Assembly: GCA_937872175.1 (NCBI GenBank)
Contig: CALMPI010000019.1
Location: 53,651 to 117,650, forward strand
DNA length: 64,000 nucleotides
Direction: 5' to 3'
DNA from: an uncultured Flavobacteriales bacterium
GTDB lineage: Bacteria > Bacteroidota > Bacteroidia > Flavobacteriales_F > PHOS-HE28
A program made the position numbers and the translations under genes. Numbering within the stretch: position 1 is the first letter of the stretch; the number at the start of each line of letters is the position of its first letter. Shown here one piece after another: positions 35,584 through 46,448 of the stretch. Under the pieces are notes generated by a model. It made no database searches and was not told the DNA's origin. It was given only the letters and a program-made list of their open reading frames with translations.

Positions 35584-36918
35584 CTACAACAATTCGTTCG
35601 CCAGGTTGGCCAGTGGACTGCGCTCCCCTTTTTCCAGTGTGATGTGCGCGAACAGGGGGTCGTCCTTCGCCTTGTCGATCAGGTAGCTCAACCCATTGCT
35701 CTCGGCGTCCAGGAAGGGCGAATCGATCTGATGGACATCCCCGGTGAACACGATCTTGGTGCCCTCCCCCGCTCGGCTGATCACGGTCTTCACCTCCAGC
35801 GGTGTCAGGTTCTGGGCCTCGTCGACGATGAAGAAGATGTTGCTCAGGCTGCGACCGCGGATGTAGGCCAGCGGCGCGATGGCGATCTTCTCGTTCTCCA
35901 GCATCTCATCGATGCGCTTCGGAGTGCTGTCGTGCTTCTCGAACTGCCCCTTGATGAGCTTGAGGTTGTCCCACAAGGGCTGCATGTAGGGATCAAGCTT
36001 GCTCTGGATATCCCCCGGCAGGTAGCCGATGTCCTTGTTGCTGAGCGGCACCACAGGACGCGTGACATAGATCTGCCTGTACATCCGACGTTGCTCCAAG
36101 GCGCACGCCAGGGCCAGCAGCGTCTTTCCCGTTCCTGCGGCGCCCTGCATGGTCACCAATTTGATCTCCGGGTCGAGCAACGCGCTCATGGCCAGCGCCT
36201 GCTCGGCGTTCTTGGGGCCGATACCGAAGACGTTCTGCTTCTCCACACGACCCACCAGACCCGTGCGCGGGTCGAACTTGGCCAGGATGCTCTTCTTCTT
36301 ATGACGGAGGATGAAGAACTGGTTCCCACGCGGACGTTTGATCCCCAGGTCGTCCACCGGCAGACTGCCTTGCTCGAACAAGGTGTCGATCAGGCCTTCA
36401 TTGTAATCGTCCAGCACCGTCCGGCCTGTGTACAGCTTGTGCTGCATGTCCTGCACCTTGCCCGTGAGGTAGTCCTCGGCCACGATGTTCAGGCTCTTGG
36501 CCTTCAATCGCAGGGCGATGTCCTTGCTCACCAGCACCACCTTCCGGTCCTTATGCTGTCGCTGAAGGGTCAGTGCCGCATTGATGATCTGATGGTCGTT
36601 CTTGCTGTCCTGGAACACCTTGGTGGCATCGACCCCGTTGAGGTCGTGCTTGGCCACCACCTTGAACTTGCCCTTGGTGGGTCCGTTCAGGGGGATCCAA
36701 TCCGTCAGCAGGTCGCGCTGGGCGATGCCGTCGAGGTGCCGGATGAACTCCCGCGCCTCATAGTTGATGGTGTCGTTGCCTTTTTTGAAGGTGTCAAGTT
36801 CTTCAAGCACTTGGATGGGGACGGCGACATCGTGCTCCTGGAAGCATTCGATGGCCGAGTGGTCGTAAAGGATCACCGAGGTGTCCAGCACGAAGATCTT
36901 CCGGTCTTTCTTCTTCAT
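35584..36918 (-). CDS. PhoH2 (N-terminal PIN domain fused to PhoH-like P-loop ATPase/helicase).
   Basis: PIN-domain acidic residues (FVLDTSVIL...) and a PhoH domain with Walker A GAAGTGKT and Walker B FFIVDEAQN. A Bacteroidetes -7 box TACATTTG lies about 25 nt upstream of the ATG. Confidence 0.9.
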   Translation of the reverse strand: MKKKDRKIFVLDTSVILYDHSAIECFQEHDVAVPIQVLEELDTFKKGNDTINYEAREFIRHLDGIAQRDLLTDWIPLNGPTKGKFKVVAKHDLNGVDATKVFQDSKNDHQIINAALTLQRQHKDRKVVLVSKDIALRLKAKSLNIVAEDYLTGKVQDMQHKLYTGRTVLDDYNEGLIDTLFEQGSLPVDDLGIKRPRGNQFFILRHKKKSILAKFDPRTGLVGRVEKQNVFGIGPKNAEQALAMSALLDPEIKLVTMQGAAGTGKTLLALACALEQRRMYRQIYVTRPVVPLSNKDIGYLPGDIQSKLDPYMQPLWDNLKLIKGQFEKHDSTPKRIDEMLENEKIAIAPLAYIRGRSLSNIFFIVDEAQNLTPLEVKTVISRAGEGTKIVFTGDVHQIDSPFLDAESNGLSYLIDKAKDDPLFAHITLEKGERSPLANLANELL

Positions 36919-37376
36919 CCGATCAAGGAACGTTGCTGACCAAATGTATCCGCCCCTTCAGCCCCACGGCCCGGTGCGGTGCGGCGCACTTATCCACGAT
37001 CGATCGTGTCGGAATACGCGTCGCGTGCCGGTTTCCCGCGCCGATCGCAGCCGGCAGGAACGAAGCAGGGGTCGCCCGTTCGGCGACCCCTGCTCACGCG
37101 CCCCGTGGACCTTGATCCCCGGTTCACGCCCTCTTCACCTGCGCTTCACACCACCGGGACCGTTCTTGCGATCGGGCTCCCCGGTACTGCTTTGGTCCGC
37201 ATAAGCTTGGCTGGCCTGCTCATGCCGTCCGGTCCGCACCTCTTACCAGGCTGGCCTTCCGGCCCACGTCCCGAACACGACCTCGGCGCTCGGCTCCAAG
37301 GCAGGGGCAAGTTATCCGGGGCCCGTGAGACGAAGTACCGTGGGTTGTCCACGATCCATCCACGATCGTCGACACG

Positions 37377-39350
37377 CTAGCGCGTGATCACGAAGCGGGC
37401 CGCACCCCGCACCCCGCGATCGGTAAGCACCACGGTGTAGACCCCTTCGGAGAGGGAGCCGACACCCACCCGGGCCTGCCCGGGGTGAACGGCCTCCACC
37501 TCAACAGGAACGTCCCGCCCACCCGCGTCCAGGATCCGGATCATCGGCTCCCCTGCGAACGACCACGAGAGCGTGAGCACGTTCCCCTCCATCCACGACC
37601 GAAGGCCGGCCTGACCTCCATCCGCCTCGGTCACTCCAAGGCACGGGTCCACCACCACGGCCAACACAGCCTCGTCCGCCGGACACGGCGCCACGGCGTT
37701 CACCGTGTAGGTGTAAAGCCCCACCGGAGAGACTCCCGGAACGAAGACCCCACCGAACGACAGGTTGTTCGGGTCCGTCCACGAGCCCCCTTGATCAGGA
37801 CCATCGGTCAGCAGGCCGAAGAGCGGCGTGGCCGGGTCGTCCGCACAGAACGTGACCGTTCCTCCCGAACCCGCCCATGCGCTGTCCGACACCACCAGCA
37901 CCAGTGCGGCCGTGTCATTGGGACATGGCCCCTGACCATACACCACATACGTCAGGTCGTACGTGCCGGCCGCCTGCGGGGTCTCCACCAGGGGTGTCGT
38001 CCCATCAAAGAAGAGACCTGTGAGGTCGCCGCCCACCACGAAGGGGAACAGGCTCTGGGCCCCGTCGGCGTTGCACACGGCCGCGCTGGCGTCCTGCCCG
38101 GCATTGGCGCCGTCGATGAGCGCGATGCACAGGTCGGTGTCATCCGCCGGGCAACCCACGCTGCAGGCCACCGTGTAGGTGTAACAGCCGCCCGGGTCGC
38201 TGGCCGAATCGAACACGCCACTGAAGGGGTTCCCGTTCGGACCGGTCCAGGTGCCGCAGTTGTCCGGTGTGCCGGTGAGCTCATTGAGCAACACGTACGA
38301 CCCTGTGTTCTTGCAGATGAAGATGTTGCCGCCCGCACCCGCGTTGTTGCCCACGGAGATGCTGATGTCCTGGGCGTTCGGTGTTCCCGTGGTCGCCGGT
38401 GTGCTCGCCGTGACCCGGATGCGATAGCCTGTGCCCGGCAGCGTGCCCAATGGGATGGTGGCCGTGATGGGGACCGGGGTTGTGGAGGCGATGCTGCCCA
38501 CCGCGACCGGAGCGACGAAGCTCCCGGACGCATCGCTGAGCTCCGCGGTGAACACGTTGCCGCCCCCCCAGGTCCCGGTGGCCGTGTACACCACTTGTAC
38601 GGTGCCTCCCACGCACACCTGCACCGGGCTCACCGTGGTGGTGGTCACCGCGTTCGGCTGTGCACCCGCCGCGCTCACTTGGATGTCGTCGATGCCGAAG
38701 CCGGGGTCCTGTCCACCGAACAACGATGTGCCGTTCACGAAGCGGTAGCCGAACCGCAGCGTGGCCTGGTTGTCGAAGGCCGGCAGCATGATGCTCTGCT
38801 GGGTCCAGGTCGGTTGGTTGCGGTACTGACCGATGGGCGTGGTGATCAGGTTCCAGCTGCTTCCGCCGTTGGTGCTGTAGTACACCTCACCATAATTCTG
38901 GTTGCCCCCATTGCAGAGCCACCAGAACGAGAGCGTCACATCGGTCTGGCCCAAGGTGCTGATGTCCGTGCTCATGCGGGCGAAGTGGTTGCCCGGGTCG
39001 GTGCAGAACCCATCGGCGGCGGCGAAGGAGCAACAGGTGATGCCATCGGCCACGGCCTCCGTGCTCGCCGTGTGGAGATAGTTCCCATTGGCCGGCTGGA
39101 TCCCCCCGGGCTGGCCCGCAGTGGATGGAATGGTGAAGGTGACCGTGAACCCGCTGCAGTCCACGTCACCATTGCCACCCGCGTACGTGCTGTTGATGAG
39201 CCACGTGTTCGCCCCACCGCTGATGGAGCCGACGTCCGTGGTGTTCAATGTGAAGGTGGGTGCGGACTCGAAATTCTCCGTGTAGAGCACGGTCTGGCCT
39301 GCGGCGGCGGCCCCCAGCAGGGAGGCGACAAGGGCGATGGCGATGCGCAT
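37377..39350 (-). CDS. T9SS-secreted protein with an N-terminal MAM-like domain, an ELSDASGSF-type Ig-like module shared with the giant adhesin, Cys-rich repeats and a Por-type CTD.
   Basis: Signal peptide MRIAIALVASLLGAAAAGQ. FTAELSDASGSFVAPVAVGSIASTTPVPITATIPLGTLPGTGYRIRVTASTP parallels FSVELSDASGSFASPTVIGTV...GYRVRVTSSSP in 1-7182. The C-terminus is LRSWMEGNVLTLSW...VYTVVLTDRGVRGAARFVITR. Confidence 0.75.
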   Translation of the reverse strand: MRIAIALVASLLGAAAAGQTVLYTENFESAPTFTLNTTDVGSISGGANTWLINSTYAGGNGDVDCSGFTVTFTIPSTAGQPGGIQPANGNYLHTASTEAVADGITCCSFAAADGFCTDPGNHFARMSTDISTLGQTDVTLSFWWLCNGGNQNYGEVYYSTNGGSSWNLITTPIGQYRNQPTWTQQSIMLPAFDNQATLRFGYRFVNGTSLFGGQDPGFGIDDIQVSAAGAQPNAVTTTTVSPVQVCVGGTVQVVYTATGTWGGGNVFTAELSDASGSFVAPVAVGSIASTTPVPITATIPLGTLPGTGYRIRVTASTPATTGTPNAQDISISVGNNAGAGGNIFICKNTGSYVLLNELTGTPDNCGTWTGPNGNPFSGVFDSASDPGGCYTYTVACSVGCPADDTDLCIALIDGANAGQDASAAVCNADGAQSLFPFVVGGDLTGLFFDGTTPLVETPQAAGTYDLTYVVYGQGPCPNDTAALVLVVSDSAWAGSGGTVTFCADDPATPLFGLLTDGPDQGGSWTDPNNLSFGGVFVPGVSPVGLYTYTVNAVAPCPADEAVLAVVVDPCLGVTEADGGQAGLRSWMEGNVLTLSWSFAGEPMIRILDAGGRDVPVEVEAVHPGQARVGVGSLSEGVYTVVLTDRGVRGAARFVITR

Positions 39351-39480
39351 GGGGTCGGGTGATGGTGCAAAATAGCGGTTGGCCCCGATCCACGACCCGC
39401 CGCGCAGGGTTAACAGTTCCCCAGATCCCGGTTAACTTTCCCGTTCGAGCTTTGCACCCCAGACCCCAAACCCCCCACCC

Positions 39481-42444
39481 ATGAGCCACATGACCCGACC
39501 GGCACGGATGGTACCGTTGCTGACGGCCTTACTAGCGGCCGGAGCGCTTTCGGCGCAGACCGTCTTCATCAACGAGATCCACTACGACGACGCCAGCGGC
39601 GACAGCGGTGAAGGCGTGGAGATCGCCGGCCCGGCAGGCACCGACCTCACCGGCTGGACGATCATCCCCTACAATGGATCGGGCGGTGCCAACTACACCC
39701 CCATCGGCACGCTGAGCGGGACGATCCCCGATCTGGGCGGCGGCTATGGCGTGGTCTGGACCCCGATCAGCGGCCTTCAGAACGGCTCGCCCGACGGTGT
39801 GGCCCTGGTGAACGGCAGCAACGTGGTGATCCAGTTCCTGAGCTACGAGGGAAGCTTCACGGCCACGGCAGGCGCGGCCAATGGCCAGACCAGCACGGAC
39901 ATCGGGGTCTCGGAACCCGGCAACGTGGAAGGCCAATCGCTCCAGCTGACCGGCACCGGCACCGTGTACGGCAACTTCACCTGGGCCGCACAAGCCACCG
40001 CCACCCCCGGCGCCTTCAACAACGGCCAGACCTTCTCGGTCCCTGCGTGCGGCATCACCATCGGCACGGTGACGACCACCTGCAACAGCACCAACCCGGG
40101 CCCTGGGGACACCTATGACCTCAGCATCACCTACACGGGGGTTCAGGTCGGCACCACCGTGGTGAACAACAGCGGTTCCGGTAGTGTGGGCGGTGATGAC
40201 CCTGCCGTGGTGTCCAACGGCACCATCGTGGTGAGCGGCATCAGCGACGCGGACGCCTACTCGGTGACCTTCACCGCACCGTGTGATGCGATCACCGTGA
40301 GCGGTGCAGCGCCCTCGTGCGAGCCGCCGCTGGACTACACCGTGCTGGTGATCAACGAGGTGGACTACGACCAGGACGGGACCGACGCCTTGGAGTTCAT
40401 CGAGCTCCTGAACACGGGCGCGGTGGCCCTGGACCTGGCCGGTGTGAAAGTGCAGTTGATCAACGGCTCCAACAGCCTGCCCTACGCCACCTACACCTTA
40501 CCAAGCTTCTCCCTCGCCGCCGGTGACTACTATGTGATCTGCGGCACCGGCAGTGCCGTGGCCAACTGCGATCATCAGGTGAGCCCGGCCACCAACCTCA
40601 TCCAGAACGGCGCCCCGGACGGCGTGGCGTTGCTCGACCCCACCGATGCGCTCATTGATGCCATGACCTATGAAGGCAACATCGTCGGCTACACCGAAGG
40701 AAGCGGCGTGGGGCTGGAGGACAACCCCGCCCTGATCCCCAGCTACGAGCAGCAGGGTCTGTCCCGCTTCCCGGACGGGGTGGACACCGACCAGAACAAT
40801 GTGGACTTCAGCCTGCGTTGCGTGACCCCGGGCGAGGCGAACATCGCCACCAACCAGTTCTGCCTCTGCGAACCGCCCAGCTTCACCGTGAACCCGGTGT
40901 GCGTGGATGACTTCACGTGGGACATCGTGGTGAACGTGACCGATCTGGGCAGCAGCGCCGCGGTGGACATCTTCAACGACCTCAACTTCGACTTCGAATC
41001 GGCCGTCGGCACCGGGGTGTACACCATCGGCACCTTCAACAACCTCGATCAGGTGTCCATCACCGTGACGCACGACACCTACGCCCAATGCAACGTCACC
41101 ATCGGCAGCATCTCCGAGGACTGCACGCCTCCCCCGCCCTGCACGGAGAACGAGATGGAGCTGACGATCAGCACGGACACCTACCCGGACGAGATCACCT
41201 GGGTGATCCAGGAGGCCGGCGGAGGCCCCACGGTGTGTTCCGGCGGTCCCTACTTCCAGCAGCTCAGCACCATCACCGAGGCCTGCTGCCTGCCCAACGG
41301 CTGCTATGAACTGGTGATGTTCGACGGCTTCGGCGACGGCATCGATGCACCCGGCGGCTACATCCTGGCCGACGCAGCGGGTCAGCGCGTGCTGGACAGC
41401 GATGGCACCTACAACGCCTCCGGCTCGGCCAACAATCCCTTCTGCGTGCCGGTGGGCTTCGACCGTCCCATCTTCCAGCAGTGCGACAAGGAGGACTGGC
41501 TGCCCAACGATGTGATCGTGGCCACCGAGAACCCGGCCGTGAGCGCGGAGTGGACCGTGGGCGACCAGACCGACGATGGCTACCAGTTCTGGTTCTTCGA
41601 TGCCGATGGAGGCTTCAGCCGCCGCATTTTCCGCAGCCATGCCACCAGCGGCGGGTTCGGCCCGGCCAACGCCACCCGCGCCTGCCACCTGAAACTGAGC
41701 AGCATGGTCCCCCTGCCCCTGCCCACCAACCGCCTGCTCAACGTGCGCATCCGCAGCCGCGTGAACGGGGTGGACAACGAGTTCGGCCCGGCCTGTCGCT
41801 TCCGCATCCCCAGCCCCGCCGTCACCTGCCCGGCCACCAAGCTCATCGACAACCCCAACAACGCCAACTTCTCCTGCGGCGTGACGCGTGCGTTCGGCAG
41901 CTCCGACAAGGTGCACTGCTATCCGGTGGCGGGCGCCACGCATTACCGCTTCCGGTTCGAGGCGGACGGCGGTGGCTTCGTGCGCCAGATCACCATCAGC
42001 AGCACCAACCTCCTGCTGAACTGGGCCACCCTGCCCTTGCAGAACGGCGTCACCTACGACGTCACGGTACAGGCCAGCCTGGACAACGCCGTCAGCTTCT
42101 GTCCTGCAGGTGATCTCTGTACCGTGAGCATCAGCGATCCGCCCACGGCGCAGGCCCGCAGCATGAGCGCGACGGGTGCACCTGCCTTCGCCGTGTTCCC
42201 CAACCCGAACGACGGCAGCAGCTTCGCGATCCGCCTCAGCGACCTCGGTCCCACCACGACCAACGCCATCCTTGATGTGATCGACGGACAGGGCCGCTTG
42301 GTGCTGTCCCGCGGGATCGCCGTGCATGCCGGCCATGTGGAGCAGACCATCGCCATGGACCAGCACCTGCCCACCGGCCTCTATCTCGTGCGCCTCACGG
42401 CGGGTGACCGTGTGCTGACCGAGCGCCAGGTGGTGCGCCGCTGA
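39481..42444 (+). CDS. T9SS-secreted protein with two lamin-tail domains (LTD) followed by the conserved Cys-rich pre-CTD module and Por-type CTD.
   Basis: Signal peptide. LTD signatures VFINEIHYDDASGDSGEGVEIAG and VLVINEVDYDQDGTDALEFIELLNTG. The C-terminal module (SWVI...CSGGPY...CCLPNGCYELVMFDGFGDG, DDGYQFWFFDADG, LNVRIRSRVNGVDNEFGPACR, SCGVTRAFGSSD, YRFRFE) precedes ...FPNPNDG...LYLVRLTAGDRVLTERQVVRR. Confidence 0.8.
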   Translation: MSHMTRPARMVPLLTALLAAGALSAQTVFINEIHYDDASGDSGEGVEIAGPAGTDLTGWTIIPYNGSGGANYTPIGTLSGTIPDLGGGYGVVWTPISGLQNGSPDGVALVNGSNVVIQFLSYEGSFTATAGAANGQTSTDIGVSEPGNVEGQSLQLTGTGTVYGNFTWAAQATATPGAFNNGQTFSVPACGITIGTVTTTCNSTNPGPGDTYDLSITYTGVQVGTTVVNNSGSGSVGGDDPAVVSNGTIVVSGISDADAYSVTFTAPCDAITVSGAAPSCEPPLDYTVLVINEVDYDQDGTDALEFIELLNTGAVALDLAGVKVQLINGSNSLPYATYTLPSFSLAAGDYYVICGTGSAVANCDHQVSPATNLIQNGAPDGVALLDPTDALIDAMTYEGNIVGYTEGSGVGLEDNPALIPSYEQQGLSRFPDGVDTDQNNVDFSLRCVTPGEANIATNQFCLCEPPSFTVNPVCVDDFTWDIVVNVTDLGSSAAVDIFNDLNFDFESAVGTGVYTIGTFNNLDQVSITVTHDTYAQCNVTIGSISEDCTPPPPCTENEMELTISTDTYPDEITWVIQEAGGGPTVCSGGPYFQQLSTITEACCLPNGCYELVMFDGFGDGIDAPGGYILADAAGQRVLDSDGTYNASGSANNPFCVPVGFDRPIFQQCDKEDWLPNDVIVATENPAVSAEWTVGDQTDDGYQFWFFDADGGFSRRIFRSHATSGGFGPANATRACHLKLSSMVPLPLPTNRLLNVRIRSRVNGVDNEFGPACRFRIPSPAVTCPATKLIDNPNNANFSCGVTRAFGSSDKVHCYPVAGATHYRFRFEADGGGFVRQITISSTNLLLNWATLPLQNGVTYDVTVQASLDNAVSFCPAGDLCTVSISDPPTAQARSMSATGAPAFAVFPNPNDGSSFAIRLSDLGPTTTNAILDVIDGQGRLVLSRGIAVHAGHVEQTIAMDQHLPTGLYLVRLTAGDRVLTERQVVRR

Positions 42445-42460
42445 TCGGACCGCTCAGCAT

Positions 42461-42496
42461 GAAGAAGCCCCCTTGGCGTGCCAAGGGGGCTTCTTC
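42461..42496. terminator. Bidirectional Rho-independent terminator between convergent genes.
   Basis: A 16-bp perfect stem gaagaagcccccttgg / ccaagggggcttcttc with loop cgtg. Confidence 0.7.
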
Positions 42497-42512
42497 GTTG
42501 AACGACCGTCGC

Positions 42513-44147
42513 TCAACGGACCAGCACGGGTCGGCTGGCGCGCGTGCGGCCTTCCGCGTCGATGAGGCGGAGCACGGCCGGACCCGGGGCGATCCCGCGC
42601 ACATCGATCCGTGCCACGGTGCGACCGGCGGGCCAGCCACCGCTCATGAGCTCGCGACCCATGGCATCCACCAGCTGCCAGCGATCACCGGCCGCTTCGG
42701 GCGTCCACTCCACCACAAGTTCGTCCTCCGCCGGTTGCGGGTAGATCCGCAGGTCCGCGGCGCTAACACCCTCCTCCACGCCAATGGTGATCACCTGGAC
42801 GCTGTCCGAGCGCAGCTCGCAGTTGTTCGCAAAACCTCCCACGACGTAATAGAGACCATTGGTCGTCGGGGCCCACGACTGCCCGGTGGCCCCGTTGATC
42901 GGGTTGCCGTCCAGGTACCACTGGTAGTCGTTCGCGGCGGTGCTGCTCAGCACGGCCCCGTCAAAGCTGATGCTCGGCGGGTCCATCGGGCAGCGGTCCA
43001 CGATCTTGCGGACCTGACCATTGCTCGTGTTGCCCGCGTAGAGTTCGCCGTTCACATCCTCGGCGATCACCACATAGCCCTGTGAGCCGCTGGCCAAGCC
43101 CAGCTCATCCACCCAGCCGCCCTGTCCGTCGGGCGACAGCATCCAGAACTCTCCGGCGCAGTAGTCGGTGTAGATGTGCCGGCCCACCAGACGCGGGTAC
43201 ATCGCACCACGATACACCCGGCCGCCGATCGCGCTGCACCACGTACCGCCCGTGGCGATGTTCTCATGCACGCTCACCGGGAACTCGTAGTTCGACATGC
43301 CCTGGCATCCGCCCGTGTTGAAGGGCGAGTCGCCCTCGTAGCAGCGCCAGCCGAAGTTGGGGCCGCTGTTGTCTCCCGCGGGCCAGAAGTCGAGCTCCTC
43401 CCAGGCGTTCTGCCCCACATCGCCGATCCAGAGGTCGCCCGTGAGCCGGTCGAAGCCGAAGCGGTACGGGTTGCGCAGCCCGCTCGCCCAGATCTCCGGC
43501 AACGTATCGTTGTTGAGGCCCACCCATGGGTTGTCCGGAGGGATGGTGTAGGTCGTGTCCGGATCGCTGACGTCGATGCGGATGATGTCGCCCAGCGGAT
43601 CGCTCAGGTCCTGGGCGTTGTTCAGCGGGTCGCCCCCGTCGCCTCCATCGCCGAAGGTGATGTACAGCATCCCGTCCGGCCCGAAGTCCAGATCACCGCC
43701 GTTGTGGTTGCTGAAGGGCTGGGGCCATTCGTACAGCACCTCTTCGCTGGCCGTATCGGCCGAATCCGGATCAGCGCTCACCCGCCACCGGCTGATGCGG
43801 CTGATGCCATTGCCCGTGCCTGTCGTGTAGTGCACGTAGAAGAAGCCGTTGTTGGCGTGGTCCGGGTCGAAGGCCAGGCCCAGCAGCCCCTGCTCACCGC
43901 CCTGGTCGTTCACCGCGCTGGTGATGTTCAGGAAGGGCTGCGACACCACCGTCATGCTGTCGCTGATGATGGTGATGAGCCCCTGGCGGCGCACCGCGAA
44001 GAGGCGGCCGTCACCGGCGTGGGCCAGGTCCACCACCTGGCTGAGGCCGGTGGCCCAGGGGACAAGTTGCAATTCGACCGGGTTCTGGGCCCCGATGGGC
44101 AGGCAGGCCAGCAGCAGTGCGCCGGCGAGGAGTGATCGTTGGTCCAT
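42513..44147 (-). CDS. PQQ-dependent sugar (glucose/sorbosone) dehydrogenase-family beta-propeller protein with T9SS C-terminal domain.
   Basis: GSDH-family blocks ([40 protein letters not shown]). CTD is ...[16 protein letters not shown]...[21 protein letters not shown]. Confidence 0.8.
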   Translation of the reverse strand: MDQRSLLAGALLLACLPIGAQNPVELQLVPWATGLSQVVDLAHAGDGRLFAVRRQGLITIISDSMTVVSQPFLNITSAVNDQGGEQGLLGLAFDPDHANNGFFYVHYTTGTGNGISRISRWRVSADPDSADTASEEVLYEWPQPFSNHNGGDLDFGPDGMLYITFGDGGDGGDPLNNAQDLSDPLGDIIRIDVSDPDTTYTIPPDNPWVGLNNDTLPEIWASGLRNPYRFGFDRLTGDLWIGDVGQNAWEELDFWPAGDNSGPNFGWRCYEGDSPFNTGGCQGMSNYEFPVSVHENIATGGTWCSAIGGRVYRGAMYPRLVGRHIYTDYCAGEFWMLSPDGQGGWVDELGLASGSQGYVVIAEDVNGELYAGNTSNGQVRKIVDRCPMDPPSISFDGAVLSSTAANDYQWYLDGNPINGATGQSWAPTTNGLYYVVGGFANNCELRSDSVQVITIGVEEGVSAADLRIYPQPAEDELVVEWTPEAAGDRWQLVDAMGRELMSGGWPAGRTVARIDVRGIAPGPAVLRLIDAEGRTRASRPVLVR

Positions 44148-44272
44148 TCGTTCGCGTTCGGTTTGCCGCCAAGGTACTGGCGCACGCTGCCGACCGTCGA
44201 TGCGATCCGACGGAACCACCTTGGGCTCCCATGGACGGCGCCTCGCGACCCGGCGTCTACTTTTGCCGCCCC

Positions 44273-45871
44273 ATGGGCCTTCACGAGGAGATCGAACGCC
44301 GGCGCACCTTCGCCATCATCAGCCATCCCGACGCCGGGAAGACCACCCTGACGGAGAAGTTCCTGCTCTATGGTGGCGCCATCCAGACCGCCGGCGCGGT
44401 GAAGAACAACAAGATCCGCAAGGGCGCCGCGAGCGATTTCATGGAGATCGAGCGCCAGCGCGGCATCAGCGTCAGCACCTCGGTGATGACCTTCCACTAT
44501 GCCGGCAAGCTGGTGAACCTGCTGGACACCCCCGGCCACAAGGACTTCGCCGAGGACACCTACCGCACCCTGACCGCCGTGGACAGTGTGATCCTGGTGG
44601 TGGACTGCGTGAAGGGCGTGGAGGAACAGACCCGGCGGCTGATGGAGGTGTGCCGCATGCGCCACACCCCCGTGATGGTGTTCATCAACAAGCTCGACCT
44701 GGAGGGCCGCGACCCCTTCGACCTGCTGGATGAGCTGGAGCGGGAGCTGCGCATCAACGTGACCCCGCTGAGCTGGCCCATCGGCATCGGCCACACCTTC
44801 AAGGGGGTCTACGACCTGTACGACAAGGACCTGCGGCTCTTCGAGGAGGTGAAGACCAAGGTGGAGGGCGCTGCGGTGCACATCGACGACCTGGCCGATC
44901 CGCGGCTGGACACCCAGCTCGGCGCCGATGCCGCCGGCCAGCTGCGGCAGGACGTGGAGCTCGTGGAGGGCGTATATGGTGCGCTGGACCTCGATGACTA
45001 CCTCGCCGGGCGGCGGGCTCCGGTGTTCTTCGGCAGCGCGTTCAACAACTTCGGGGTGAAGGAGGTGCTGGACACCTTCGTGCGCATCGCCCCACCGCCA
45101 CAGCCCCGCCCCACCGACCAAGGGGAGATCGCCCCGGAGGACAAGGCCTTCAGCGGGTTCGTGTTCAAGATCCACGCGAACCTCGACCCCAACCACCGCG
45201 ACCGCATCGCCTTCCTCCGGGTGTGCAGCGGACGGTTCCAGCGCAACACCTACTACCACCATGTGCGGTTGGAGAAGCAGTTGCGCTTCGCCACGCCCAC
45301 CAACTTCCTCGCCGCGCAGAAGACCATCGTGGACGAGGCCTGGCCCGGTGATGTGATCGGCCTGTTCGACACGGGCAACTTCAAGATCGGCGACACGCTC
45401 ACGGACGGCGCACGATTCCAGTTCCGCGGCATCCCCGCCTTCTCTCCCGAGCTGTTCCGCGAGCTGGTGAACATGGACCCCATGAAGAGCAAGCAGCTGG
45501 AGAAGGGCATCCGCCAACTCACCGATGAAGGTGTCGCCCAGCTCTTCGTGCAACAACCCGGCAACAAGAAGATCGTGGGCTGCGTGGGCGACCTGCAGTT
45601 CGAGGTGATCGCCTACCGGTTGGAGCACGAATACGGCGCGAAGTGCGCGTTCCAGTCCATCCAGGCGCACAAGGCCTGCTGGCTCACGGCCACCGACCCC
45701 GAGGCCCTGGACCGCTTCATCCGGGTGAAGGCCCAGCAGGTGGTGCAGGATAAGGACGGCAACCCGGTCTTCATGGCGCCCACGGCCTACATCCTGGACC
45801 TGGAGCGGCGCGAGAACCCGGCCATCACCTTCCACACCACCAGCGAGTTCAAGACGGCCGTGGCCTCCTGA
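44273..45871 (+). CDS. prfC: Peptide chain release factor 3.
   Basis: [29 protein letters not shown] and NKLD GTPase motifs, with an RF3-type C-terminal domain. A -7 box TACTTTTG lies just upstream. Confidence 0.9.
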   Translation: MGLHEEIERRRTFAIISHPDAGKTTLTEKFLLYGGAIQTAGAVKNNKIRKGAASDFMEIERQRGISVSTSVMTFHYAGKLVNLLDTPGHKDFAEDTYRTLTAVDSVILVVDCVKGVEEQTRRLMEVCRMRHTPVMVFINKLDLEGRDPFDLLDELERELRINVTPLSWPIGIGHTFKGVYDLYDKDLRLFEEVKTKVEGAAVHIDDLADPRLDTQLGADAAGQLRQDVELVEGVYGALDLDDYLAGRRAPVFFGSAFNNFGVKEVLDTFVRIAPPPQPRPTDQGEIAPEDKAFSGFVFKIHANLDPNHRDRIAFLRVCSGRFQRNTYYHHVRLEKQLRFATPTNFLAAQKTIVDEAWPGDVIGLFDTGNFKIGDTLTDGARFQFRGIPAFSPELFRELVNMDPMKSKQLEKGIRQLTDEGVAQLFVQQPGNKKIVGCVGDLQFEVIAYRLEHEYGAKCAFQSIQAHKACWLTATDPEALDRFIRVKAQQVVQDKDGNPVFMAPTAYILDLERRENPAITFHTTSEFKTAVAS

Positions 45872-45877
45872 AATGAG

Positions 45878-45901
45878 GAAGGCCGCCCTGAGGCGGCCTT
45901 C
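45878..45901. terminator. Bidirectional terminator hairpin after prfC.
   Basis: gaaggccgcc ctga ggcggccttc. Confidence 0.65.
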
Positions 45902-45920
45902 ACAGGTCCGGGTCGGTCGC

Positions 45921-46280
45921 TCACTTGGCGGCCTCGTGCCACACCTTGAGCTGCTCTTCGGTGAGCACTGCGTTCAAGCGGGTCTCCACCATCTCGTCCA
46001 TCACCTTGTACTGGCCGGGCATGTCACCTTCCACCACCTCGGCGGGCTGCCCCTCGAAGCGCTGGCGCAATGCGTCGCGGTACCGCTCCACCTCCAGGTA
46101 GGCATCCAGCACCTGGGTGCGCTGGGCCTCCGACAGGTTCACCGTGCGATGCACCAGTTCGGTGCGCTCCTCGGCCTTGGCCTTCATCTGCGGGGTGTCC
46201 GCGACCTTCACCTGGCGCTCCTGGGCGGAGGCCAGCACAGCGAACGCGGCGAACGAAAGGGTAAGGATGCTCCTGCGCAT
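45921..46280 (-). CDS. Small hypothetical periplasmic helical protein.
   Basis: Signal peptide MRRSILTLSFAAFAVLASAQ. Lys/Glu-rich helical content. Confidence 0.55.
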   Translation of the reverse strand: MRRSILTLSFAAFAVLASAQERQVKVADTPQMKAKAEERTELVHRTVNLSEAQRTQVLDAYLEVERYRDALRQRFEGQPAEVVEGDMPGQYKVMDEMVETRLNAVLTEEQLKVWHEAAK

Positions 46281-46448
46281 GTCCTGGGTGTTGTGAGGTT
46301 CAAAGATAGCTCAACCCCATGGACGCACGGAAGCCCCGAACGTTGCCTTGCCCACAGCCCCACGTGGGATCCTTTTCCCCGGCCCGCTGTTTGTTGATCG
46401 GCTGTTAACGCCCGGTCCCCGCCCCTGGGGCCCGGCTAGTTTTGCCCC

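Noticed and set aside
36919-37376. Possible RNase P RNA, SRP RNA or tmRNA in the 450-bp non-coding gap.
   Set aside because: I found only vague resemblances (GGUAAGAG..., AGCUUAUGCGG, a GGAA tetraloop hairpin). The hallmark conserved regions are missing: GGAAAGUCCGG for RNase P, the CCGGAAGGAAGCAGCC of SRP domain IV, and the tmRNA tRNA-like ends. It is kept only as an unexplained non-coding gap.
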